A stretch of DNA of 64,000 nucleotides from contig CABZNY010000005.1 in NCBI GenBank assembly GCA_902527265.1, forward strand, positions 2,511 to 66,510, written 5' to 3'. Position numbers and translations under genes: made by a program. Within the stretch, counting starts at the first letter, position 1, and the number at the start of each line of letters is the position of its first letter. The DNA comes from an uncultured Pelagibacteraceae bacterium (GTDB lineage Bacteria > Pseudomonadota > Alphaproteobacteria > Pelagibacterales > Pelagibacteraceae). Positions 1 to 11,432 of the stretch are shown here, piece by piece. Under the pieces are notes generated by a model. That model searched no databases. It was not told the DNA's origin and was given only the letters and a program-made list of their open reading frames with translations.

Positions 1-55
1 ATCATATTGTATATTTTTAACTTAAGTGGTAGTTTGCGACATTATTTTTTACCAT

Positions 56-343
56 ATGACGATAGATCTTAAAACAGTAAAACACATATCAAAATTAGCA
101 AGGATCTCACTTGAAGAGAAAAAAGCTAAAAAATTAGCAAATGATATGAATTCTATATTTGAATTTATTGAAAAATTAAACGAGCTTAAAACAGAAAATG
201 TTGATCCATTAACCTCTATAGCTGAAACAACTTTAAGGTTAAGAGATGACAAAATTACTAGCGATAACATCAGAGAAAAGATTCTTAAAAATTCTCCTGA
301 AAAAAATGATGATTTTTTTGTTGTGCCGAAAGTAGTTGAGTAA
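56..343 (+). CDS. gatC: Asp-tRNA(Asn)/Glu-tRNA(Gln) amidotransferase subunit C
   Basis: HISKLARI and FFVVPKVVE motifs; upstream of gatA; start moved to ATG at 56. Confidence 0.95.
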   Translation: MTIDLKTVKHISKLARISLEEKKAKKLANDMNSIFEFIEKLNELKTENVDPLTSIAETTLRLRDDKITSDNIREKILKNSPEKNDDFFVVPKVVE

Positions 344-1800
344 TGACAGAAATAACATCTTTAAGCCTTTTTGAATTAATTAAAAATATTAAAGAAAAAA
401 AAATATCATCAAATGAAGCCACAAAATCTTTTGTTGATAGATCTCAAAAGTCAAAAAAACTAAATACATATATAACTGAAAATTTTGAAAATTGTCTTAA
501 ACTTTCAAAAGAGTTTGATAACAAACCAAATTTTGATTTAAAACTTCCAGGAATTCCAATTGCTGTAAAAGATCTATTTTGTACAAATGAAGTAAGAACA
601 ACAGCTGGAAGCAATATCTTAAATAATTTTGTCCCAAGCTATGAATCTACTGTAACGCAAAACATATGGAATGAAGGTGGAATATTGCTTGGTAAACTTA
701 ATTGTGATGAATTTGCAATGGGCTCATCCAATGAAACAAGTTTTTTTGGTAATGTTCAAAATCCGATTGCAAAAAATTTAGTTCCAGGTGGGTCATCTGG
801 CGGTTCTTCATCAGCATTAGCAGCTAATTTAACACCTGTAACAATAGGTACTGACACTGGAGGATCTATTAGGCAGCCAGCTTCCTTTACAGGAACTGTA
901 GGGCTAAAACCTACTTATGGAAGTTGTTCAAGATATGGAATTGTTGCTTTTGCATCATCTCTAGATCAAGCAGGTCCGATGAGTAAAGATGTCAAAGATA
1001 GCTCCATTCTTTTAGAAGTGATCTCATCATTTGATAAAAAAGATTCAACTTCAATAGATTTTAAAAGAAATAATTATTCATCAGAGCTAACTAGAAATAT
1101 CAAAGGTATAAAAATTGGAATCCCCAAAGAATACAGAGTTGATGGAATGCCAGGCGAAATTGAGAATCTTTGGAAAAAAGGAATTGAGTATGCAAAAGAT
1201 TGTGGAGCTGAAATAATTGATATTTCTTTACCCCATACAAGTTATGCTTTGCCTACTTATTATATTGTAGCGCCAGCTGAAGCATCATCTAATTTAGCAA
1301 GATATGATGGTGTTAAATATGGTTTAAGATCTTCTGGGGAGAGTTTAATTGATATGTATGAAAAAACTAGATCAGAAGGTTTCGGAGAAGAAGTAAAGAG
1401 AAGGATAATGATAGGCACATATGTTTTATCTTCTGGGTATTATGATGCTTACTATCTCAAAGCCCAAAAAGTAAGGCAGTTAATTAAAAAAGATTTTGAT
1501 GATGCTTATAATAAAGTTGATGCTATTTTAACACCTTCAACTCCTAGTTCTGCATTTAAAATAGGAGAAAAATCTAATGATCCAGTTTCAATGTATTTGA
1601 ATGATATATTTACTGTTCCAGTAAACCTTGCAGGATTACCTGGGATTTCAATACCAGCAGGTAGAGATAAAAATAATTATCCATTAGGTTTACAAATAAT
1701 AGGTAAACCTTTTGATGAACAAACAGTTTTAAATATTGCTTATTCAATGGAGGAAAAAATCAATTATAAAAATAATATAACTGATTGGTGGATAGAATAA
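343..1800 (+). CDS. gatA: Amidotransferase subunit A
   Basis: Amidase signature [27 protein letters not shown]. Confidence 0.97.
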   Translation: MTEITSLSLFELIKNIKEKKISSNEATKSFVDRSQKSKKLNTYITENFENCLKLSKEFDNKPNFDLKLPGIPIAVKDLFCTNEVRTTAGSNILNNFVPSYESTVTQNIWNEGGILLGKLNCDEFAMGSSNETSFFGNVQNPIAKNLVPGGSSGGSSSALAANLTPVTIGTDTGGSIRQPASFTGTVGLKPTYGSCSRYGIVAFASSLDQAGPMSKDVKDSSILLEVISSFDKKDSTSIDFKRNNYSSELTRNIKGIKIGIPKEYRVDGMPGEIENLWKKGIEYAKDCGAEIIDISLPHTSYALPTYYIVAPAEASSNLARYDGVKYGLRSSGESLIDMYEKTRSEGFGEEVKRRIMIGTYVLSSGYYDAYYLKAQKVRQLIKKDFDDAYNKVDAILTPSTPSSAFKIGEKSNDPVSMYLNDIFTVPVNLAGLPGISIPAGRDKNNYPLGLQIIGKPFDEQTVLNIAYSMEEKINYKNNITDWWIE

Positions 1801-3275
1801 TGTCTAAAAAAAATTCGGAATATTTAATAGAAAGAAATGATAATATTTATGAAGTTGTTATAGGACTTGAAGTTCATGCTCAAGTAACATCAAATTCAAA
1901 ACTTTTTTCATCTTCTTCTACAAAATTTGGTGCTGAACCTAACACTCAAGTAAGTTTAGTTGATGCAGCATTTCCAGGAATGCTTCCAGTAATTAATGAA
2001 TATTGTGTTAAACAAGCTATAAAAACTGGTATTGGTTTAAAAGCTAAGATCAATAATAAGTCTGTTTTCGATAGAAAGAATTATTTTTATGCTGATTTAC
2101 CTCAGGGATATCAAATTTCACAATATAAATACCCAATTGTGGGTGAGGGCAATGTTATTTTGGATATGCCCGAAGGTCAAAAACAAGTTGGAATAGAAAG
2201 ATTACATTTAGAGCAGGATGCAGGAAAAAGTATTCATGATGTTGATCCAAGTAACACACTAGTTGATCTAAATAGATCGGGTGTAGCTTTAATGGAGATT
2301 GTTAGTAAGCCTGATCTAAGATCACCAGATGAGGTGAATGCTTATATAAAAAAACTTAGATCTATTATGAGATATTTAGGAACTTGCGATGGTAACATGC
2401 AAGAGGGATCACTTAGAGCAGATGTTAATGTGTCTGTAAGAATAAAAGGATCGACAGATTTAGGGACAAGATGTGAAATAAAAAATGTTAATTCTATAAA
2501 GTTCATGCAAATGGCAATTATTTATGAAGCAAATAGACAAGTTGATTTAATAGAAGACGGTGAGGAAATAGATCAAGAAACAAGACTTTTTGATACAAAA
2601 AAAAATGAAACAAGGTCAATGAGGTCAAAAGAAGATGCTCATGATTATAGATACTTTCCAGATCCAGATTTACTTCCACTAGAAATTACTGATGAATTTA
2701 TTGATCAACTAAAATCTGAAATCCCTGAATTACCAGATGATAAAAAGAAAAGGTTTATTGAGGAGTTTAAAATTTCTCCTTATGAAGCAAATATATTAGT
2801 CTCAGATATTGATACAGCTAAATATTTTGAAGAAGTTGTTGCTAAAATGGGCAAAAACCGTGATATGAAATTAGCTGTAAATTGGATTACAGGAGAATTA
2901 TTTGCTGTTTTAAATAATAAAAATATTGAAATTGCTCATAGTCCAATAAGTGCAAAAAATTTAGCAAAATTGATTAATTTAATAAAAAACGGAACTATTT
3001 CAGGCAAAATTGCTAAGACAATATTTGAATTAATGCTGGATGGTGACATAGACCCTCAAATAATTGTTGAGGAAAAAGGGTTAAAGCAACAAAGTGACCC
3101 AAAAGCACTGGAGGCATTAATTGATAAAATAATCAACGATAACAGAGAAAAAGCAATTGAATATAAACAAGGAAAAGAAAAGCTATTTGGGTTTTTTGTG
3201 GGGCAAGCAATGAAAGCTTCCGGTGGAAAAGCTAACCCCCAATTAATTAACGAAATTTTAAAGAAGAAACTTTAA
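1800..3275 (+). CDS. gatB: Amidotransferase subunit B
   Basis: [29 protein letters not shown]; start at ATG 1800 overlapping gatA stop. Confidence 0.97.
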   Translation: MSKKNSEYLIERNDNIYEVVIGLEVHAQVTSNSKLFSSSSTKFGAEPNTQVSLVDAAFPGMLPVINEYCVKQAIKTGIGLKAKINNKSVFDRKNYFYADLPQGYQISQYKYPIVGEGNVILDMPEGQKQVGIERLHLEQDAGKSIHDVDPSNTLVDLNRSGVALMEIVSKPDLRSPDEVNAYIKKLRSIMRYLGTCDGNMQEGSLRADVNVSVRIKGSTDLGTRCEIKNVNSIKFMQMAIIYEANRQVDLIEDGEEIDQETRLFDTKKNETRSMRSKEDAHDYRYFPDPDLLPLEITDEFIDQLKSEIPELPDDKKKRFIEEFKISPYEANILVSDIDTAKYFEEVVAKMGKNRDMKLAVNWITGELFAVLNNKNIEIAHSPISAKNLAKLINLIKNGTISGKIAKTIFELMLDGDIDPQIIVEEKGLKQQSDPKALEALIDKIINDNREKAIEYKQGKEKLFGFFVGQAMKASGGKANPQLINEILKKKL

Positions 3276-3315
3276 TTTTAACGAAACCTATATAGTCATT
3301 GTATAATTAAAATAG

Positions 3316-3966
3316 ATGGGTAAGGACATTGAAATTTCTGAAAAAATTGAAAAATATATCAATAGTTTTAGTTTTAAACTAAATTCGGTTCAAAAAGAAA
3401 TTATAGATTATAATAATACACTTGGAAATGAAAAGAGAATGCAGGTAGCAATATCTCAATGTCATTTTCTTCATTTAATAATAAAAATATCTAATATAAA
3501 AAATGTGCTTGAGATTGGAACTTTTACTGGTTTAAGTGCTCTTTCTATTGCTCTTGCACTTCCTGAAGATGGAAAACTTATAGCCCTTGATAAAGATAAA
3601 GAGACAAACAATATTGCAGTAAGTTTTTTTAAGAAAGCTTATCAAGATAAAAAAATTCAAACTATTGTAAAACCTGCACTAAATAGTTTAGATGAATTAA
3701 AAAATCAAAAATTTGATATGATTTTTATTGATGCTGATAAGCTAAATTATAAAGAATATTATGAAAAATCATTTCAGATAATAAATAAAGGTGGTTTGAT
3801 CATAATAGATAATGTTTTATGGCATGGTGAAGTCGTAGATGAAGATAAAATGGATAAATATACATTAAATATAAGAGAATTAAACGAGCATATTTCGCGT
3901 GATGAAAGGGTAGAACAAATAATTATCCCATTAGGAGATGGAATGACTGTTTGTAGAGTTTTATAA
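3316..3966 (+). CDS. Class I SAM-dependent O-methyltransferase (caffeoyl-CoA OMT/TrmR-like)
   Basis: LEIGTFTG, FIDADK, DNVLWHG, PLGDG motifs. Confidence 0.85.
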   Translation: MGKDIEISEKIEKYINSFSFKLNSVQKEIIDYNNTLGNEKRMQVAISQCHFLHLIIKISNIKNVLEIGTFTGLSALSIALALPEDGKLIALDKDKETNNIAVSFFKKAYQDKKIQTIVKPALNSLDELKNQKFDMIFIDADKLNYKEYYEKSFQIINKGGLIIIDNVLWHGEVVDEDKMDKYTLNIRELNEHISRDERVEQIIIPLGDGMTVCRVL

Positions 3967-4868
3967 TGTTTAATATTTTTGGTTTTTATAAATTTAAAAA
4001 ACTTAGTAATTTAAAAAAATTAAAAAATAGATTAGAGAATAATCTTAAAGAATATGAAATTTGTGGAACAATAATAATTTCATCAGAGGGTGTTAATGGA
4101 ACGATTTCAGCAAAAAAAGATAAACTTTTAAAATTCAATAAACTTTTAAAAAAAATATTATCTATTAAAAAATTTAATTCAGAAAACAATTCAAATAGTA
4201 AATTTAATCCATTTCATAAACCTAAAGTAAAAATTAAAAAAGAAGTTGTTCCAATCGGTTTTAAAGTTAGAAACTACAACTATCCCAGCAACAACCTCAA
4301 TCCAAGGCAATGGAATAAAATAATTAAAAAAAAGGATACAGTTTTGATAGATGCACGGAAATCTTTTGAGTATGATGTGGGTACTTTTAAAAAATCTTTA
4401 AATCCAAATATAGAAAACTTTCGTCAATTTCCTAAATATTTAAATCAATTTAAAAAAAGTGATAATATAGCAATGTTTTGTACAGGTGGCATTAGATGTG
4501 AAAAAGCAAATATTTATTTGAAAAAAAAAGGATTTAAAAATGTATATGTTTTAAAAGGTGGAATTATTAATTATCTGAATAATATTGATAAAAAAAATAG
4601 TCAATGGAACGGTGAATGTTTTGTTTTTGATAATAGAGTTTCAATAAAACATGGCTTGAAGCAGGGCAGTTATTCAATTTGTAGTGGTTGCAGAAAACCT
4701 CTTTCTATCAAAGAAAAAAAATCTTCTAAATATTTAGAAGGCATTCATTGTCCAAAATGTCACGATTATTTAACAGATGATCAAAAATCAAGATTTGCAA
4801 TGAGACAAAAGCAAATAATACTTGCAAAAAAAACTGGCAAGAGACATATCTTTAAAAAAGAATATTAA
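3966..4868 (+). CDS. trhO: tRNA uridine(34) hydroxylase, rhodanese-related (UPF0176)
   Basis: EGVNGT, FCTGGIRCEKA, GECFVFDNRV motifs. Confidence 0.88.
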   Translation: MFNIFGFYKFKKLSNLKKLKNRLENNLKEYEICGTIIISSEGVNGTISAKKDKLLKFNKLLKKILSIKKFNSENNSNSKFNPFHKPKVKIKKEVVPIGFKVRNYNYPSNNLNPRQWNKIIKKKDTVLIDARKSFEYDVGTFKKSLNPNIENFRQFPKYLNQFKKSDNIAMFCTGGIRCEKANIYLKKKGFKNVYVLKGGIINYLNNIDKKNSQWNGECFVFDNRVSIKHGLKQGSYSICSGCRKPLSIKEKKSSKYLEGIHCPKCHDYLTDDQKSRFAMRQKQIILAKKTGKRHIFKKEY

Positions 4869-4884
4869 TTAAATTATAATTTTT

Positions 4885-6246
4885 ATGGATTTGCTTAAAG
4901 AAAATATACCTTTACTTGTTAGAAAACTTGCAATACCAGCAAGTGTTGGTACACTTTTTCAAACCTTATACAATATTGTTGATACTTTTTATTCAGGATT
5001 AATCTCACCTGAAGCACTTTCTGCACTCAGTAAGTCATTTCCAATATATTTTATTATTGTAGCAACCTCAATTGGTGTAACAGTTGCGGGAACTTCCTTG
5101 ATCGGGAATAGTATTGGAGAAAAAAATGAAAAAAATGTCTCTTATTATTTTACCCATATTATTATCTATGGACTCATCATATCAGTTTTTATTACATTCA
5201 TAGGTTTATATTTTGCTGAAAAAGTTTTTAATATAATGGGTTCAATTGAAGAAATTACAAATTTAGGACTTCAATATACAAATATTATGTTTTATGGATC
5301 ATTTCTTTTTTTCCTTGTTGTATCTCTTAACTCTTTATTACATGCAGAAGGAGATACAAAAACATACAGAAATGTTTTGGTTTTAAGTTTTCTACTAAAT
5401 ATAATTTTAAATCCTATTTTAATATTTGGTTTTCTATTCATACCTGCTTTAGGTATGATGGGTATAGGTCTATCAACAATTATAGCTCAATTTATAGCTT
5501 TTGCGATTATTTTATATAAGGTCTTGCAAAATCCAAGGGTGAAAAAAATTACCAAGGAATTTTTTAAAATTAAATTAATATTTTTAAAAAATATATTTTT
5601 TCAATCAATGCCAATATCAATTGCTATATGTGGATATGCAGTTGCTGCTACATTTATATTTACTTATGTTGGTCAAACTAGTGAATTGGCTGTAGCTGGT
5701 TATGGTGCAGCTACGAGAATTGAGCAAGTTGTTTTACTTCCTATATTAGGAATAAATACTGCAATTATCTCAATTATAGCTCAAAATTATGGTGCAAATC
5801 ATTTTGATAGAGTGAAAGAGACTTATTTTATATCTGTCAAATATGGCTTTTTATTAATGTTTTTCTCTGGAATATTTGTTTATTTCACAGCAGATATAAT
5901 ACCAAGACTTTTCTCTAATGATGAAACTGTTTTAGAATATGGACGTAGATACTTAAAAATTGCAGCATTTATTTTACCTGCATATCCAATTTTCTTTTTA
6001 TCAAACGGTTTTTTTATGGGTTTAAAAAAATCTAATTATGCAATGATAAATAATATGTTGCGAAATGTTCTTGTTCCTATATGTGTTTTTTACTTAGCCA
6101 AATATCTATCTGCAGATTTTGATAGTTTTTTCTGGTTGTGGTTTATTTTTCAATGGTCACTTTCGATACTATTATTTAGTTATGTGAGTTATTATATAAA
6201 AAAAAAATTAGATAAACCTAGCGCTATCCTTAATCCACAACCATAA
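4885..6246 (+). CDS. MATE family efflux transporter
   Basis: LAIP..QTLYNIVDTF N-terminus, GDTKT, about 12 hydrophobic segments. Confidence 0.9.
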   Translation: MDLLKENIPLLVRKLAIPASVGTLFQTLYNIVDTFYSGLISPEALSALSKSFPIYFIIVATSIGVTVAGTSLIGNSIGEKNEKNVSYYFTHIIIYGLIISVFITFIGLYFAEKVFNIMGSIEEITNLGLQYTNIMFYGSFLFFLVVSLNSLLHAEGDTKTYRNVLVLSFLLNIILNPILIFGFLFIPALGMMGIGLSTIIAQFIAFAIILYKVLQNPRVKKITKEFFKIKLIFLKNIFFQSMPISIAICGYAVAATFIFTYVGQTSELAVAGYGAATRIEQVVLLPILGINTAIISIIAQNYGANHFDRVKETYFISVKYGFLLMFFSGIFVYFTADIIPRLFSNDETVLEYGRRYLKIAAFILPAYPIFFLSNGFFMGLKKSNYAMINNMLRNVLVPICVFYLAKYLSADFDSFFWLWFIFQWSLSILLFSYVSYYIKKKLDKPSAILNPQP

Positions 6247-6753
6247 ATCTTCTGAGAATGATCTTCTCACAAAAAGATTTATTTCGTTTATTTCAGTATG
6301 ATGAATAATTACATCTGTATGATTGAGTAATGTTTGCGTTACAGAATTTTTAGTATTTTTAAAATTATTGAAGTTAAAAGGAGATCCCGATGAAAGTAGA
6401 TCAAAAGTCTTTTTACCCTTTATATTAATACATATCCATTGATTAGAAACATCAACTATTGAGCCAAAACTTAATTTAGAAATTTCGTTATAAAGATCAT
6501 TATAAACATTATTGTTATCTTCATTAAAATATACTAACCATTCATCTGGACTTAGCCATAGAGCATTAAATTGTTGATTTGAGGAACCCGTATTTGGTTC
6601 AATTGGTAAGATGATTGATAAAATCTTTCCTGCTTTTGTAAAAAACTCCTTTTTTTTCCCCCGAATATTTATTTTTTTAATTGGTTCAGATAACTTTAAT
6701 TCTAGTTCATCTAATGATTTTTTTTCAAAGTTAGGATATTCTAAATTAAGCAT
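6208..6753 (-). CDS. soxG: Sarcosine oxidase subunit gamma
   Basis: LWLSPDEWL, VRRSFSEDLWLW; last gene of soxBDAG; start inferred at MLNLEY. Confidence 0.9.
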   Translation of the reverse strand: MLNLEYPNFEKKSLDELELKLSEPIKKINIRGKKKEFFTKAGKILSIILPIEPNTGSSNQQFNALWLSPDEWLVYFNEDNNNVYNDLYNEISKLSFGSIVDVSNQWICINIKGKKTFDLLSSGSPFNFNNFKNTKNSVTQTLLNHTDVIIHHTEINEINLFVRRSFSEDLWLWIKDSARFI

Positions 6754-9748
6754 TGATCCTCTTGTTTTCTTTATCAAAAAAAATAAAATCTGAAACTGTT
6801 ACATTGATATTTTTATTTTCCATAGGTACAAAAAGTTTTTGACCATTCATCTTTTTTCCACCTTTAACAACTGCTAATGCAATCGATTTATTTAAATTAG
6901 GGCTAAAATAGCTTGATGTTACATGTCCAATCATTTCAACAGGTTTCTTATCTAATTCAGAGACTATCTGAGCACCTTCTTCTAATATTTCATTAGGATC
7001 ATCCGTAAGCAATCCAACAAGCTGTTTTCTGTCTTCTCTCATTGTATCACTTCTATAAAGTGATCTTTTACCTATAAAGTCATATTTTTTTTTACTAACT
7101 ATCCAATCCATCTGAAGATCAATAGGTGTCATAGTTCCATCTGTATCCTGGCCAACAATAATAAATCCCTTTTCAGCTCTTAATAAATGCATTGTTTCTG
7201 TTCCATAAGGAGTAATTTTGTATTCTTCTCCAGCTGCAATGCAGTTTTCCCATAATGATTTACCATATTTTGACTCTACATTAATTTCATAACTAAGCTC
7301 TCCTGTGAAACTTATTCTCATTATTCTACATTCAATTTTGTCAATTATTGCATCTTGGTAAGACATATGAGGAAAGGCTTCATCACTAAAATCTTTATTA
7401 GGAAATAATTTATTCAATATTTTTTTAGAATTTGGACCACAAATGCTTGCTGTAGAATAGTGATCAGTAACAGAGGTTAAGTAAACATCTAATTCTGGCC
7501 ATTCTGTTTGTAAATAGTCTTCAAGTTTAGAAAGTACATTTGCTGCGCCACCAGTTGTTGTGGTCATTAAATAATGATTTTCACCCAATCTTGTGGTTAC
7601 ACCATCATCATAAACCATACCATCTTCATTTAACATTAAACCATATCGGCATTTCCCAATTCCTAATTTTGACCAAGCATTTGTATAAACTCTGTTTAAA
7701 AATTCAGAAGCATCAGTTCCCTGTATATCTATTTTTCCTAATGTAGAGGCATCCAAAATTCCAGCACTATCTCTTGCAGCTTTACTTTCTCTTTGAACTG
7801 CTTCATGAAGATTTTCATTATTAATAGGGTAGTACCATGGTCTTTTCCATTGCCCAACATTTTCAAATTTTGCATTATTTTGAACGTGCCATTCATGAAT
7901 TGAGGTTTTTCTAACAATATCAAAAAATTTTCCAACACTTCTTCCTACAATTGCCCCAAAAGTTAATGGTGTAAATGGTGGTCTAAAAGTAGTTGTACCT
8001 AAAGTACCCATTTTTACTCCAGCTGTGTCAGCAATAATCCCCAAGGCATGCATATTCGATAATTTACCTTGATCTGTAGCCATTCCAGTTGTTGTATATC
8101 TCTTTACATGTTCTATCGATTTAAAACCTTCTCTAAGTGCTAACTTTATATCTTTTGCAGTCGAGTCATTTTGAAAATCTATAAAAGATTTAGTCTTACT
8201 CTCTGAGATAGTATTAGGTAACAGCCATATGTTTTTCTTCTCTGACTCTTTTGAACATAAAACTGAAATTTTATCAAAACCGCCTTCATTAATGTTTAAA
8301 AATTTTTTAACTTTATAATTTGTATTTTTAACTATTTCTTCTAATTCAAAATCACCGTTACATGATCCAACATTTATATGATTTTCACTTTTTTCATTTG
8401 GAACAAATACTTGATCTATTTCTCTAAAATCTAATTTTCCTCCTGATTGAGTATGCATATGTACCATAGGTGTCCAACCTCCACTTATTGATAAACAATC
8501 ACACTGAATTTTATGTTTATTTCCAGTAACATTCGATCCATCTTCTGATAAATTCATAATTTCTATTGATTTTATCTTTTTGTAGCCAAAAGTATTAACC
8601 ACTGTAGAGTTCCAATATATTTTAATTCCTAGGTCTTCAGCATTTTTAACAATATTTGATGAAGATTTTTTTCTAATATCAACAATCTTTACTGATATTC
8701 CCTTTTCAAATAACGACACTGCAGTTTCATAAGCACTATCGTTGTTAGTAAAAATAATATTATTTAATCCAGTGGATACACCATAAAAATCTAAATATTT
8801 TTTGACAGAGTTAGCAAGTATAATTCCTGGTCTATCATTGTTGTTGAATATAAGAGGTCTTTCTATTGCACCTGCAGCAACAATTACTTTATCTGCTCTT
8901 ATTTTCCATAATCTCTGTCTTATACTGCCATTTTTTTTATCTAATGGTAAATGATCTGATATATTTTCTTTGGCCAAAAGGTAGTTATAATTATGAAAAG
9001 CTGCCAAACTTGTTCTAGTTTTTATTATTAAATTATCTAATTTTTCTAATTCTGATATTTCATTCATTAACCATTCATTTGATTTTTGATTATCTATTAT
9101 AAAATTTTTATTATTTTGATAAATTGTGGATCCACCAAGTATATTTTTATCTTCGATTAATATTGTCTTTAAATTATTTTTTGCTGCTATTTTAGCAGAT
9201 ATAATACCTGAAATCCCACCTCCAATAACTAATACATCACAATGTTCATGTTTATGGTCATAAATATCTGGATCTGGTTGTGTGGGTGATTTGCCAAGGC
9301 CTGCAGACAATCTTATTAATGGTTCATAAATTTTTTTCCAAAAACTTTTAGGCCACATAAAAGTCTTATAATAAAAACCTGCTGGTATAAATGGTGATAT
9401 TAAGTTATTAATTCCACCTATATCAAAGTTAAGACTTGGCCAACAATTTTGACTAAATGCTTTCAATCCTTCATAAAGTTCTATTTCTGTAGCTCTTACA
9501 TTAGGCTCTGTTAAATCAGTATTATCATTTATTTGGCATATTGCGTTTGGCTCTTCAGATCCACATGACATTATACCTCTTGGACGATGATACTTAAAAC
9601 TTCTGCCAATTAAATGAATGCCATTTGAAAGAAGTGCTGAGGCTAAAGTATCACCCTCAAAACCATGATATTTTTTACCATCAAAAGTAAATGAAACAGT
9701 TTTTGTTTGATCAACAAATCTTGTTTTATTAATTCTATATTTGTTCAT
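6746..9748 (-). CDS. soxA: Sarcosine oxidase subunit alpha
   Basis: GRSFKYHRPRG, KRYTTTGMATDQGK, GcvT-like C-terminus. Confidence 0.96.
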   Translation of the reverse strand: MNKYRINKTRFVDQTKTVSFTFDGKKYHGFEGDTLASALLSNGIHLIGRSFKYHRPRGIMSCGSEEPNAICQINDNTDLTEPNVRATEIELYEGLKAFSQNCWPSLNFDIGGINNLISPFIPAGFYYKTFMWPKSFWKKIYEPLIRLSAGLGKSPTQPDPDIYDHKHEHCDVLVIGGGISGIISAKIAAKNNLKTILIEDKNILGGSTIYQNNKNFIIDNQKSNEWLMNEISELEKLDNLIIKTRTSLAAFHNYNYLLAKENISDHLPLDKKNGSIRQRLWKIRADKVIVAAGAIERPLIFNNNDRPGIILANSVKKYLDFYGVSTGLNNIIFTNNDSAYETAVSLFEKGISVKIVDIRKKSSSNIVKNAEDLGIKIYWNSTVVNTFGYKKIKSIEIMNLSEDGSNVTGNKHKIQCDCLSISGGWTPMVHMHTQSGGKLDFREIDQVFVPNEKSENHINVGSCNGDFELEEIVKNTNYKVKKFLNINEGGFDKISVLCSKESEKKNIWLLPNTISESKTKSFIDFQNDSTAKDIKLALREGFKSIEHVKRYTTTGMATDQGKLSNMHALGIIADTAGVKMGTLGTTTFRPPFTPLTFGAIVGRSVGKFFDIVRKTSIHEWHVQNNAKFENVGQWKRPWYYPINNENLHEAVQRESKAARDSAGILDASTLGKIDIQGTDASEFLNRVYTNAWSKLGIGKCRYGLMLNEDGMVYDDGVTTRLGENHYLMTTTTGGAANVLSKLEDYLQTEWPELDVYLTSVTDHYSTASICGPNSKKILNKLFPNKDFSDEAFPHMSYQDAIIDKIECRIMRISFTGELSYEINVESKYGKSLWENCIAAGEEYKITPYGTETMHLLRAEKGFIIVGQDTDGTMTPIDLQMDWIVSKKKYDFIGKRSLYRSDTMREDRKQLVGLLTDDPNEILEEGAQIVSELDKKPVEMIGHVTSSYFSPNLNKSIALAVVKGGKKMNGQKLFVPMENKNINVTVSDFIFFDKENKRINA

Positions 9749-10024
9749 TTAAATTACAGGAGGTTTTTCACCCATTTTGTAAACTGCATGTATTTTGTCA
9801 TTTGATGTATCCCTAACCATATTAAACCATTTTCTACATCCATGAGCATGGTTCCATCTTTCAAACTGAACACCTTTAATATTCTTTCTCATAAATAAAT
9901 ATTCTGCCCATTCATCATCACTTAGCTCTGTAGGTTGTTTTGGTCTTACAATGTGAGCTTCACCACCACATGAAAACTCACTTTGGTCTCTTTCTCCACA
10001 ATAAGGGCAATTTATTACAAACAT
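9749..10024 (-). CDS. soxD: Sarcosine oxidase subunit delta
   Basis: CPYCG...HAHGCRKWF zinc motif. Confidence 0.96.
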   Translation of the reverse strand: MFVINCPYCGERDQSEFSCGGEAHIVRPKQPTELSDDEWAEYLFMRKNIKGVQFERWNHAHGCRKWFNMVRDTSNDKIHAVYKMGEKPPVI

Positions 10025-11277
10025 TAGTGTGCTACAGCAGCTGCACCATGTTCATCAACAAGATCTCCACTTACAAATCTGTTAAGATTAAATGCTGCAT
10101 TTAATTTATGTGGCTCATCATTAGCAATTGTGTGAGCAAATAAATCACCAGATCCAGGCGTTGCTTTAAAACCTCCTGTTCCCCATCCACAGTTAAAATA
10201 AAGACCTTTTATATTTGTTTTGCTAATGATCGGACTTGCATCCGGGCAAATATCAACAATACCACCCCATTGTCTTAACATCTTCATTCTACTAAAAATA
10301 GGGTACAGCTCTAATATAGCTTTTAAGGTACCTTCTACTACATCATGACTTCCTCTTTGTGTATAAGATATGTAGGCATCTGTTCCAGCACCAATTACTA
10401 ATTCACCTTTATCAGATTGACTAACATATGCATGGACAGCATTAGACATTACAACTGTATCTATTATTGGTTTGACTGGTTCTGAGACTAATGCCTGTAA
10501 TGGTTTACTTTCAAGTGGTAATTTTAAGCCTGCCATATTAGCAATTACACTTGAATGACCTGCGGCTACTACACCAATTTTTTTTGTTTTGATAAATCCT
10601 TTTGTAGTATCAAGTCCTTCAACTTGGTCTCCATTTCTTTTTATTCCTTTAACTTCACAATTTTGAATTATATCTACACCCATTGCATCTGCACCTCTTG
10701 CATAACCCCATGCAACAGCATCATGTCTTGCAGTTCCAGCTCTTCTTTGTAAAGTTCCACCAAGTACAGGATATCTAATATCTTGAGAAATATTTATTAT
10801 TGGACAAAATTCCTTAACTTGTTTTGTGTCTAACCAAACTGCATCAATACCATTTAACCTATTTGCATGAGTTCTTCTTTTTAAATCTCTAACGTCTTGA
10901 AGGTTATGAGCTAAGTTCATAACTCCACGTTGACTAAACATTATATTATAATTTAACTCTTGAGATAAATTTTCCCAAATTTTTAAAGCATGGTCATACA
11001 ATCCAGCGCTAGCATCCCATAAATAATTTGATCTTATGATTGTTGTATTTCTTCCGGTATTACCTCCACCAATCCAACCTTTTTCTAATACCGCAATATT
11101 TTTCATGTTATGTTTTTTTGCAAGATAGTAAGCTGTTGCTAATCCATGCCCACCACCTCCAACAATTACTGCTTCATATTCTTTTTTAGGCTCAGGATTG
11201 CCCCAGGCTTGTTTCCAGTTTTCATGCTGCGAAAAAGCATTTTTTATCAGTGAAAAAATTGAATATTTGTTTTTCAT
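10024..11277 (-). CDS. soxB: Sarcosine oxidase subunit beta
   Basis: [40 protein letters not shown]. Confidence 0.97.
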   Translation of the reverse strand: MKNKYSIFSLIKNAFSQHENWKQAWGNPEPKKEYEAVIVGGGGHGLATAYYLAKKHNMKNIAVLEKGWIGGGNTGRNTTIIRSNYLWDASAGLYDHALKIWENLSQELNYNIMFSQRGVMNLAHNLQDVRDLKRRTHANRLNGIDAVWLDTKQVKEFCPIINISQDIRYPVLGGTLQRRAGTARHDAVAWGYARGADAMGVDIIQNCEVKGIKRNGDQVEGLDTTKGFIKTKKIGVVAAGHSSVIANMAGLKLPLESKPLQALVSEPVKPIIDTVVMSNAVHAYVSQSDKGELVIGAGTDAYISYTQRGSHDVVEGTLKAILELYPIFSRMKMLRQWGGIVDICPDASPIISKTNIKGLYFNCGWGTGGFKATPGSGDLFAHTIANDEPHKLNAAFNLNRFVSGDLVDEHGAAAVAH

Positions 11278-11341
11278 ATTTGCAAGAAATTACTTGATTA
11301 ATATTGAATATTCAATGATTTCAAGTTACACATGTATCAAC

Positions 11342-11432
11342 GGAAGAGTGGGTGAGTTGGCTTAAACCAGCAGTTTGCTAAATTGCCGAAGGAGCAATCC
11401 TTCCAAGGGTTCGAATCCCTTCTCTTCCGCCA
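11342..11432 (+). tRNA. tRNA-Ser (GCT)
   Basis: GGAAGAG/CTCTTCC acceptor stem, GCAGT-TTGCTAA-ATTGC anticodon arm, long variable arm, GTTCGAATC, encoded CCA. Confidence 0.96.
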
